From Actinomycetota bacterium (GTDB lineage Bacteria > Actinomycetota > Acidimicrobiia > Acidimicrobiales > Ilumatobacteraceae), in the NCBI GenBank assembly GCA_043743395.1, contig JAYTWP010000066.1:1-35783 (forward strand): a DNA stretch of 35,783 nt. The letters are read 5' to 3'. How positions within the stretch are numbered: position 1 is the first letter of the stretch; the number at the start of each line of letters is the position of its first letter. Below, in pieces: positions 26,630 through 34,252 of this stretch. The notes under the pieces are model-generated. The model searched no databases and was not told the origin of the DNA. It saw only the letters and a list, made by a program, of their open reading frames with translations. Made by a program: the position numbers and the translations under genes.

Positions 26630-28621
26630 CTAGGCCTTCTGCGCAAGGGCGACGGCCCGTGCAACAATGTTGTTGACGTTGATGCCGAGTTTGTCGAGGA
26701 CAACACCCCCGGGAGCGCTCGCGCCGAAGCGATCGATTCCGATCCAGTCGTGCGCATAGCGGGCCCAGCCGAACGTTGTGGCCGCCTCGACCGAGAGGAC
26801 AGGCACCCCTTCGGGAAAGACACTGAGGCGGTAACTGCTTGGTTGCTGCTCGAAACGATCCCATGACGGCATCGAGACGACGTTCGCTCCGATGCCCTGA
26901 GCCGCAAGTTCTTCGGCCGCTGCGAGGCACAGGTGCACCTCGCTGCCGGTGGCGACCAGCACGACACGATGGTCGGCCGTTGAGTGAATGACTGCCGCCC
27001 CGACCTCGACAGCTGATCCGTCGGTGCACACCGGGAGCGCCTGCCGACTGAGTACGAGCGCCGTCGGACCAGAGTGTTCGACGGCGACCCGCCAGGCGTG
27101 TGCCGTCTCGTTCGCGTCGGCGGGCCGAATCACCTGCAGATTGGGAATGGCGCGCAGTGTGGCGAGGTGCTCGACAGGCTGATGCGTCGGGCCATCCTCG
27201 CCAACACCCACTGAGTCGTGGGTGAACACGAAGAGCACCTTTGCATGCGACAGCGCAGCGAGGCGGACCGCTGGCCGCATGTAGTCGAGGAAGACGAAGA
27301 AGGTCCCACCGGCGGGCAACACACCGCCATGCATGGCCATGCCAACCATGGCCGAGCCCATCGCGTGCTCGCGAATGCCGTAGTACACCTGCCGTCCACC
27401 AGGCGTGGCCGCAGATTGCGCTACCTGACCGGCAAGCTTGGTACCGGTATTTCCCGTGAGGTCGGCTGCGCCCGCCACGAGTCCTGGCACGACGGCAAGA
27501 GTTGCATCGAAGGCCTTTTGGATGGCCTGACGCGTGGCGATGCTTTCACCCTGGGCAAAGACGGGCAGCGACTCGGTCCAGCCTTCGAGGCCGCACGCAG
27601 ACCAGCATGCGTCCCACTCGGCTTTGTTCATCGACGAGTTCTCGAACCGGCCCTGCCAGCGCGAGCGTTCGGCTTCGCCGCGTGAAGCAGCGTGCGCGCG
27701 ATACGCCTGAACGAGATCGTCCGGTGCCCAGAAGGGCTCGTCGGGAATGCCCATGACGGCCTTCGTCCGCGCCACCTGTTCAACGGTGAAGGGGTTGCCA
27801 TGTGCCTCGTGATTGTCGGTGAGATCTGGCGACGGGTAACCGATGTGGCTACGCAAGATGAGCAGGCTCGGCTTGTCGGTCACGGCCATCGCGCGCAGCA
27901 ACGCAGCCTCGAGCGCTTCGCAGTCATTTGCGATCTGGCCGAGAGATTCCACATGCCAGCCGTAGGCCTGAAATCGCATTGCCACGTCGTCGTTGTAGGC
28001 GAGCGCGGTATCGCCGTCAATGGTGATGTGGTTGTCGTCGTAGACGCATACAAGACCACCGAGTCCAAGGTGTCCGGCGAGCGACGCGGCCTCGTGGCTC
28101 ACGCCCTCCATGAAGCAGCCGTCGCCCGCAAGTACGAAGGTGTGGTGGTCCTGCACGTCGGCGCCGAACCGGTCGGCCATCATCCTCTCGGCGATGGCCA
28201 TGCCGACCGAATTGGCGAAGCCCTGGCCGAGCGGTCCCGTAGTGACTTCGACGCCAGCCGTGTGACCAACCTCGGGGTGCCCAGGAGTCGCTGATTCCCA
28301 CTGGCGGAACTGTTTGATGTCTTCGAGTTGCAGTCCGTAACCGTTGAGGAACAGCAGTGAATACTGCAAGATGCTGGCGTGACCATTGCTGAGAATGAAA
28401 CGGTCACGATCGGGCCAATGCGGATGGCTGGGATCGTGACGCATCACTCGGCTATACAACACATGTGCAAGGGGAGCGAGGGCCATTGCGGTGCCCTGAT
28501 GGCCGCTTTTCGCGTAGAGAGGAGCGTCCATCGCAAAGCCCCGAATGAGGCTGATGGCGGCGGAATCTTGTTCGGGCGTCAACGTGGATGGCACGGCGTC
28601 GACTGTATCCGAAGCCCTCAC
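26630..28621 (-). CDS. tkt: Transketolase
   Basis: SGHQGTAMALAPL, TTGPLGQG, GDGCFMEGVSHEA, EDGPTHQP. Start assigned to GTG 28621 because it forms a GTGA overlap with the upstream ORF stop. The track TTG 28678 is less likely. Confidence 0.9.
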   Translation of the reverse strand: MRASDTVDAVPSTLTPEQDSAAISLIRGFAMDAPLYAKSGHQGTAMALAPLAHVLYSRVMRHDPSHPHWPDRDRFILSNGHASILQYSLLFLNGYGLQLEDIKQFRQWESATPGHPEVGHTAGVEVTTGPLGQGFANSVGMAIAERMMADRFGADVQDHHTFVLAGDGCFMEGVSHEAASLAGHLGLGGLVCVYDDNHITIDGDTALAYNDDVAMRFQAYGWHVESLGQIANDCEALEAALLRAMAVTDKPSLLILRSHIGYPSPDLTDNHEAHGNPFTVEQVARTKAVMGIPDEPFWAPDDLVQAYRAHAASRGEAERSRWQGRFENSSMNKAEWDACWSACGLEGWTESLPVFAQGESIATRQAIQKAFDATLAVVPGLVAGAADLTGNTGTKLAGQVAQSAATPGGRQVYYGIREHAMGSAMVGMAMHGGVLPAGGTFFVFLDYMRPAVRLAALSHAKVLFVFTHDSVGVGEDGPTHQPVEHLATLRAIPNLQVIRPADANETAHAWRVAVEHSGPTALVLSRQALPVCTDGSAVEVGAAVIHSTADHRVVLVATGSEVHLCLAAAEELAAQGIGANVVSMPSWDRFEQQPSSYRLSVFPEGVPVLSVEAATTFGWARYAHDWIGIDRFGASAPGGVVLDKLGINVNNIVARAVALAQKA

Positions 28622-29013
28622 GCCGGCGGGAGCAGTGTGAATGGCACCAGATGCCAAGGACCGTGGTCGACACGGCAATGGGCGAAGATCTGACAGTACG
28701 AGTCGAACTCCAACTCGCCGCGTACAAGTCGATACGTGAACTTGCCCGGCTCGACCGTGAAAGGGCTCACGTTACGGGCGATCTGCTCGTCGTCTGCGCC
28801 ACGACCCTTGCGGAAGATGACTTCGAAAACGCCATTGCCGGCTTCATCAGGCGCACATGAGATCAACGCGACAAGATGCGGGGAGACCGTGACGGGAACG
28901 GGGGAAGGCGATGCCATCGAAAACATTGCGCCGGTCAGGTCGATGCGCGTCGACGGGCCGGGGGCCTGTCGCAACTCGAAGTTCTCGACGAAAAGAGCGG
29001 AGACGATCTGCAT
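28618..29013 (-). CDS. Hypothetical protein (131 aa), no family recognised, coupled to tkt
   Basis: ATG 29013. GTGA overlap with tkt. No signal peptide and no motif I recognise. The track ORF start 29139 would overlap nagA. Confidence 0.6.
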   Translation of the reverse strand: MQIVSALFVENFELRQAPGPSTRIDLTGAMFSMASPSPVPVTVSPHLVALISCAPDEAGNGVFEVIFRKGRGADDEQIARNVSPFTVEPGKFTYRLVRGELEFDSYCQIFAHCRVDHGPWHLVPFTLLPPA

Positions 29014-29020
29014 TGAATCG

Positions 29021-29026
29021 AGGGTA
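29021..29026 (-). promoter_or_regulatory. Putative -10 hexamer TACCCT for the 131-aa ORF/tkt operon (leaderless candidate)
   Basis: On the minus strand, TACCCT lies 7 nt upstream of the ATG at 29013-29011. No SD. Confidence 0.3.
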
Positions 29027-29035
29027 CCGGCTGCG

Positions 29036-30124
29036 CTAACGAGCGCGTATGCCGCCCGACCACACTGCGGCCACATGCAGTTGGTCGTCGAGGTCGACGA
29101 GGTCACCGCGATTGCCCACGGCAATGGCGCCTCGATCACTACATCCGATGAGTCGCGCCGGGTTGGTTGCGGCAGAGCGCACCGCCTGCTCCAGCGAGAC
29201 TCCGCAGCTGTTCACCACATTGCGGATCGCTTGGTCCATCGTGAGCACGCTGCCAGCCAGGGTGCCGTCGGGCAACCGTGGCGCGCCGTCCACCATCTGC
29301 ACACCAACGCCACCGGCCATTCCCGCGCGCCATGCCACGGCATCCGTGACGAGCACGGTGCGATCCGACGGCTTGATCCGAAAGGCGAGTTCGAGCGCAA
29401 GCGGGTGCACGTGGATGAGGTCCGCGATCAGACCGACGAACAGTTCGTCGGCGAGGAGCGCAGAGGCCGCAAGTCCGGGCTCACGATGATGCACACCCGA
29501 CATGCCGTTGAACAAGTGTGTGGTCATCGTCGCGCCGGCATGCACGGCGGCTGCGACGTCGGCGAGTGATGGTGTGCTGTGCCCAAGTGACACCACCACG
29601 CCGTGCGCGACCAGCATCGAAATCGCGGCTGCAGCGTTGGCGAGTTCAGGGGCGAGAGTGACCAGGCGCACAACCCTCGGCAGCGCTGCGAGCCAGTCGA
29701 GATCGATGGGGCAGATCAGCGACCGCGGGTGCGCGCCTGGAGCACCACCGAGAAATGGACCCTCGAGATGCGCCCCGATGATCTGTGCTCCACCCGCGCT
29801 TTCTTGAGCGTCGGCCATTCGCTGAAGCGGGGCTTCGTAACTGCGCAGAGGCGCGGTGATCAACGTTGGGCACCAGGACGTGACCCCCTGATCAAGTAGT
29901 AGCTCGCCGAGCCGAGACCAATCGGGTCCACGTGCACGTGAGACGTCGATGTCGTCGATGCCGTTCACCTGCAGATCGATGAACCCGGGAACGAGCGACT
30001 GATGAGATGAAGGCCCGTGGTGGCCGGCAATGCCGGTGATGAAGCCAGCATCATCAACCGTGATTGCACTCGGTCCGACCCAGCCGCCATGCAAGAGGAC
30101 TCGCTGGGCAGTGATCGTCGGCAC
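29036..30124 (-). CDS. nagA: N-acetylglucosamine-6-phosphate deacetylase
   Basis: PGFIDLQVNG (E. coli-type QxN), WCPTLITAP, AHLEGPF, LAPE, GHS, THLFNGM, REPGLA, VTDA. Start assigned to GTG 30124. The longer track ORF (to 30268) would overlap tetR. Confidence 0.85.
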   Translation of the reverse strand: MPTITAQRVLLHGGWVGPSAITVDDAGFITGIAGHHGPSSHQSLVPGFIDLQVNGIDDIDVSRARGPDWSRLGELLLDQGVTSWCPTLITAPLRSYEAPLQRMADAQESAGGAQIIGAHLEGPFLGGAPGAHPRSLICPIDLDWLAALPRVVRLVTLAPELANAAAAISMLVAHGVVVSLGHSTPSLADVAAAVHAGATMTTHLFNGMSGVHHREPGLAASALLADELFVGLIADLIHVHPLALELAFRIKPSDRTVLVTDAVAWRAGMAGGVGVQMVDGAPRLPDGTLAGSVLTMDQAIRNVVNSCGVSLEQAVRSAATNPARLIGCSDRGAIAVGNRGDLVDLDDQLHVAAVWSGGIRAR

Positions 30125-30139
30125 GTCCTGTACAGTACG
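30124..30139. promoter_or_regulatory. 16-bp imperfect palindrome CGTCCTGTACAGTACG (core CTGTACAG), candidate TetR operator
   Basis: 7 of 8 arm positions pair, centred at 30131/30132. It occupies most of the 19-bp nagA-tetR spacer. Confidence 0.4.
30131..30137. promoter_or_regulatory. Overlapping divergent -10 hexamers: TACAGT (+, tetR) and TACTGT (-, nagA)
   Basis: Each hexamer lies exactly 7 nt upstream of its start codon (ATG 30144; GTG 30124). No room for an SD or a leader. Confidence 0.35.
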
Positions 30140-30143
30140 CGCA

Positions 30144-30755
30144 ATGGCGCTTCCACTCGAGCAGCTCTCCACGAGAGACCAGATCGTGATCGAGGCGCTC
30201 CACTGCTTTGCCGAGTCCGGATACGACGGCACCTCACTGAACGACATCGCCGCCGCCGTCGGCATCAAGCGACCGAGCCTTCTGCATCACTTCGCCTCGA
30301 AAGAGACCCTCTACGGCGAAGTCTTCGAGCAACTTTTGTCGGACTGGTTCGAACGGCTCACGGAAGCAATCAGCAGCACCGAGCTGGGATGGAACAAGGT
30401 CGAGTCGGTGCTCATCGCCGGCTTTCGATTCTTCAGTGAAAACCCCGACTACGTTCGGCTGATGCGACGCGAAGCGCTCGACAACGGCGCGCACCTCGGA
30501 ATCGATCTCTCGGGCGTGTTGCGGCCAGCGTTCGATAGCGCGGCGGCGTACTTCCAACGCGAGATGGACAACGGCAGCTTTCGCCAGCACGATCCCGAAC
30601 AGCTACTGATCACTGGTTACGGAGCGCTGCTCAGCTACTTCTCTGACGCGCCGTTCCTCGGCGGATTGCTCCACGACGAACCGTTAGCGAGCCCAATGCT
30701 CGAGCAACGCCTCCAACACGTGGTCGGGTTCTTCCGCAGCGCTCTCGTGCCGTAG
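30144..30755 (+). CDS. TetR/AcrR family transcriptional regulator
   Basis: N-terminal HTH: RDQIVIEALHCFAESGYDGTSLNDIAAAVGIKRPSLLHHFASKETLY; 203 aa. Confidence 0.9.
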   Translation: MALPLEQLSTRDQIVIEALHCFAESGYDGTSLNDIAAAVGIKRPSLLHHFASKETLYGEVFEQLLSDWFERLTEAISSTELGWNKVESVLIAGFRFFSENPDYVRLMRREALDNGAHLGIDLSGVLRPAFDSAAAYFQREMDNGSFRQHDPEQLLITGYGALLSYFSDAPFLGGLLHDEPLASPMLEQRLQHVVGFFRSALVP

Positions 30756-30768
30756 GCGCGGCATTCGC

Positions 30769-30774
30769 TACCGT
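30769..30774 (+). promoter_or_regulatory. Weak candidate -10 hexamer TACCGT upstream of the hydrolase gene
   Basis: TANNNT lies only 5 nt upstream of ATG 30780. The gene may instead be co-transcribed with tetR. Confidence 0.15.
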
Positions 30775-30779
30775 TCGGT

Positions 30780-31562
30780 ATGGCAACTTTTCGGGTCGGC
30801 GAAGCAACGGTCGGATACGCAGTCGAAGGCGAGGGCGTGCCGCTGCTGTTGTTCCACGGCACGACAATGGCGCGGGCTGCATGGGACATGGTGCGCGCAG
30901 CGATGCCACCGAACACGTACAAGTTCGTGCTGTTCGAGTTTCCCGGCAGTGGCGAGTCATCGATGCCACACGAGCCGATCACCGTCGAGGGTGTCGTCGA
31001 TCAGGCTCTTGCACTGATGACCCATCTCGGCATTGAGTCGTTCCACGTCGGTGGGTATTCGCTCGGAGCTGTGATTGCACTTGCCGCAGCTGCGACAGCG
31101 CCACAGCGAGTTCGATCCGTGACATCAGTCTGCGGATGGGCAGTATCAGACGCGCGAATGCGCATCACCTTCGAGCTATGGACCCGGCTGATCGGCGCGG
31201 ACCCGGAACTCTTCATGCGCTACGCGATCGCCGACGGCTATACCGCTGGCGCGCTCAGCATGCTCGAACCCATGGTCGATGCACTTGTGCCGATGGGTGC
31301 GGGGACTGTTGCCGCAGGGTCGGGTGCGCAACTCGACCTCGACAAAGTCCTCGACATCACCTCAATGCTGTCATCCATCGCGGCGCCCACGCTGATCATC
31401 GGCGGCATTGAAGACCGATGGGTCGACATCACCCACAGCCGCAGCCTCAGCCAGAAGGTCGCCGGTTCTCGTCTTGTCGAACTTCCGGCGGGTCACCTTG
31501 TGGTGCAGGAGCTCTCGGTCGATGTCGCCACCCTTCTGCACGATCACATCGCATCTTCATGA
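30780..31562 (+). CDS. Alpha/beta hydrolase fold protein
   Basis: LLLFHGTT oxyanion region, nucleophile elbow GYSLG, C-terminal AGHL histidine; 260 aa. Confidence 0.85.
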   Translation: MATFRVGEATVGYAVEGEGVPLLLFHGTTMARAAWDMVRAAMPPNTYKFVLFEFPGSGESSMPHEPITVEGVVDQALALMTHLGIESFHVGGYSLGAVIALAAAATAPQRVRSVTSVCGWAVSDARMRITFELWTRLIGADPELFMRYAIADGYTAGALSMLEPMVDALVPMGAGTVAAGSGAQLDLDKVLDITSMLSSIAAPTLIIGGIEDRWVDITHSRSLSQKVAGSRLVELPAGHLVVQELSVDVATLLHDHIASS

Positions 31563-32014
31563 GTCGCGCCGACCAGTTCGCCGTCCTTCCCGACGACGTC
31601 GTGGCTCGTTGGAGCAAATTCGGCCATTGGGACCGCACGTTTTTTCCATCGTTGCTCGGGATGACGGTGCAAGAGGTTCGCGTCGATTATTGCCGGATGC
31701 TGATGCCGTATCGCGCCGACCTCGATCAACCTGCGGGGCTGGTCCATGGTGGCGCGATTGCGTCCTTGCTCGACGCGGTCGTCGTGCCCGCCGTTGGTCA
31801 GGCATACCCCCGTAGTGTGCGGTATTCCACTGTTGACCTGCACGTGCAGTTTCTCAGTGCCGTCAAGGAGCACGACCTGGTGGCGGAAGGCTGGGTCGTG
31901 CGCCGTGGTCGCAGCGTCGTGTTCTGTGAATCGGAGGCCGTCGATGTCGCTACGGGCCGCGTGGCCGCACGAAGCCTGATCACGATCAGCGTCACGGACG
32001 AGTCCACGAAATAG
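31559..32014 (+). CDS. PaaI/4HBT-type hotdog-fold thioesterase
   Basis: GLVHGGAIASLLD motif and hotdog length (151 aa). ATGA overlap with the hydrolase gene. Confidence 0.8.
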   Translation: MSRADQFAVLPDDVVARWSKFGHWDRTFFPSLLGMTVQEVRVDYCRMLMPYRADLDQPAGLVHGGAIASLLDAVVVPAVGQAYPRSVRYSTVDLHVQFLSAVKEHDLVAEGWVVRRGRSVVFCESEAVDVATGRVAARSLITISVTDESTK

Positions 32015-32017
32015 CCA

Positions 32018-34252
32018 ATGGGTCGGGCACGCCTTGCACTCGAAGTCCGAGTGAAGTCGGTTCTCGATCAACCGGATCGCTACGGTAAGCACGTGTCAAA
32101 CGACGGTCACACTCTCTCGGAGTCAGCATCCAAAGCGCTTCTGGGCGAATTCGGTGTCCCTCTCGCGTCCGAACTCGAGGTGAACACGGCAGCCGAGGCA
32201 GCCGTTGCGGCGGAACAACTCGGCTTTCCCGTGGTCGTCAAGTTGTGCGGCGATGCAATCGCTCACAAGACCGAGCGCGGACTTGTGAAGCTTCGCCTCG
32301 CCGACGCATCTGCTGTCGAGGCTGCGGCGGCAGAACTGCTGTCCAAGGCGACAGCAGCCGATGGACCGGTGTCGTTGCTCGTGGCACCAATGATTGTCGG
32401 CAACCGTGAGCTGATTGTTGGCATGCTGCGCGATGCTCAGTTCGGGGCCACCGTGATGCTTGGTGTCGGAGGCGTGCTTGCCGAGGCGATCGGTGATGTC
32501 GTCTTCCGGCCCGCGCCACTCACTCGGCTCGAAGCCGGCGAGATGATCGACGGCTTGGCCACACAGAAGCTGCTCGGCGCCTTTCGGGGCGAAGCACCCC
32601 TCAATCGAAGTGAACTCATCGATGTTCTCGTCGGTCTCGGCGCCGTTGCCGAATCGCGAGCGGACGTACGCAGCATCGATGTCAACCCGCTCATCGTGCG
32701 CGCCGACGGCAGCCCTATCGCGGTCGATGCCTTGGTAGAAGTCGGTGAGCCCGAGACCGCGCCACATGAGGCGCATATCCCTCCGACCCCCGAGCAGTTC
32801 AACGCGTTGTTCAACCCCCGCGGCGTGCTCGTGACAGGCGCGTCCACACACCCTGGCAAGTTCGGGTTCGTGTCGCTGCACAACATCATTGCAAGCGGTT
32901 ACGCAGGTGGGGTGTACGGCACCAATCTCCAGGGCGAGCAGGTACTCGGCATCCATACGGTCGCCGACATCGCTGAGTTACCGCAGGGCGAGATCGATCT
33001 GGTGTTCGTGTGCACACCGGCATCAGCGAACCCGGCACTGTTGCGGGCGTGCGCCGTCAAGGGAGTCAAGGCCGCGTTCATCACAAGCGCGGGTTATGGA
33101 GAAGCCGGCGAAGAAGGTCGCCAGGCCGAAGCAGCGCTCGTCGCGCTCGCCCATGAGTTGGGAATCTTGCTTGCCGGACCGAACGGTCAAGGCGTCGTCA
33201 GCACTCCGGTTCATCTGTGCGCCCAGATCGTTGCGCCGTATCCACCGGCGGGCCGTATTGGGGTGGCCAGTCAAAGTGGCAACTTCGTCTCCAGCTTTCT
33301 CAACTATTCGCGGTCATCAGGGGTAGGAATCAGCCGCGCCGTCTCTGCTGGCAATGCTGCCGCGGTGAACGTTGCGGACTATCTCGAGTTCTATGCGAGC
33401 GACCCCGAAACCGCCGTTGGTCTTGCCTATGTCGAAGGCATCACCGATGGTCGAAGCTTGCTGCAACGCTTCGCCGGAGTCGCTGCGCAGAAACCGCTCG
33501 TCATCGTGAAAGGTGGGTCCACGGCTGGCGGTGCCGCAGCCGCAGCCAGCCATACAGGTGCGCTCGCAGCCGACGACAAAGTGTTCGATGGCGCTTGCAA
33601 GGCGGCCGGCGTGACTCGCGCCTCGACGGTCGAGGAAGCTTTCGAAGCGGCCGCGACCTTCGCCACACAACCCTTGCCGAAGGGTCCAAACGTCATCGTG
33701 CTCACGACCGCTGGCGGGTGGGGCGTCGTCACGAGCGATGCCATCTACCGCGACGGAGCGTTGCAGTTGATGGCGTTGCCCGCCGATCTCGAGGCTGACA
33801 TCGATTCCAAGCTGCCGCCACGGTGGAGTAGAAACAACCCGGTTGACTGCGCCGGAGGCGAGACTCGTGACACGATTCCCGAAGTGATGGAGATGATCGT
33901 CGCACATCCCGACGTACACGCCGTGATCTACATCGGTCTCGGGATCCAGAGCAACCAAGCGCGCCTCATGGCCGAAGGACCTTTCTACCCCGGCGAAGGG
34001 CTCGAGCGAATCGTTGCCTATCACCGTCGTCAGGATGAGCGATTTGCTGAGGCAGCCGACGAGCTCTCGCGACGGTACGACAAGCCGATCCTCACAGCGA
34101 CCGAGCTCGCCGTCGCCGATCCAGACAACCCAGGGCCCGCAGCGGTACGCGCGACAGGGCGCCTGTGTTATGCCTCAGGCAATCGAGCCGTGACTGCACT
34201 TGGTCATCTCTTTCGCTACGCCGAGTTCCGTCGCACCCGAGGTTTCGATTGA
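32018..34252 (+). CDS. NDP-forming (ADP-forming) acyl-CoA synthetase family protein; fused ATP-grasp, CoA-binding and ligase-CoA domains in permuted order
   Basis: N-terminal ATP-grasp (LLGEFGVPL...VVVKL...DVNPLIV). Then CoA-binding (PRGVLVTGAS), SQSGN, and phosphohistidine motif ASHTGALA (His codon 33551-33553). Start uncertain: ATG 32018, GTG 32051 or GTG 32093. Confidence 0.85.
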   Translation: MGRARLALEVRVKSVLDQPDRYGKHVSNDGHTLSESASKALLGEFGVPLASELEVNTAAEAAVAAEQLGFPVVVKLCGDAIAHKTERGLVKLRLADASAVEAAAAELLSKATAADGPVSLLVAPMIVGNRELIVGMLRDAQFGATVMLGVGGVLAEAIGDVVFRPAPLTRLEAGEMIDGLATQKLLGAFRGEAPLNRSELIDVLVGLGAVAESRADVRSIDVNPLIVRADGSPIAVDALVEVGEPETAPHEAHIPPTPEQFNALFNPRGVLVTGASTHPGKFGFVSLHNIIASGYAGGVYGTNLQGEQVLGIHTVADIAELPQGEIDLVFVCTPASANPALLRACAVKGVKAAFITSAGYGEAGEEGRQAEAALVALAHELGILLAGPNGQGVVSTPVHLCAQIVAPYPPAGRIGVASQSGNFVSSFLNYSRSSGVGISRAVSAGNAAAVNVADYLEFYASDPETAVGLAYVEGITDGRSLLQRFAGVAAQKPLVIVKGGSTAGGAAAAASHTGALAADDKVFDGACKAAGVTRASTVEEAFEAAATFATQPLPKGPNVIVLTTAGGWGVVTSDAIYRDGALQLMALPADLEADIDSKLPPRWSRNNPVDCAGGETRDTIPEVMEMIVAHPDVHAVIYIGLGIQSNQARLMAEGPFYPGEGLERIVAYHRRQDERFAEAADELSRRYDKPILTATELAVADPDNPGPAAVRATGRLCYASGNRAVTALGHLFRYAEFRRTRGFD

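Noticed and set aside
28510-28524. Transketolase N-terminal motif reads SGHQG instead of the SGHPG I remember as canonical.
   Set aside because: It is a single-residue difference in an otherwise complete, motif-rich transketolase. Its significance cannot be judged without an alignment.
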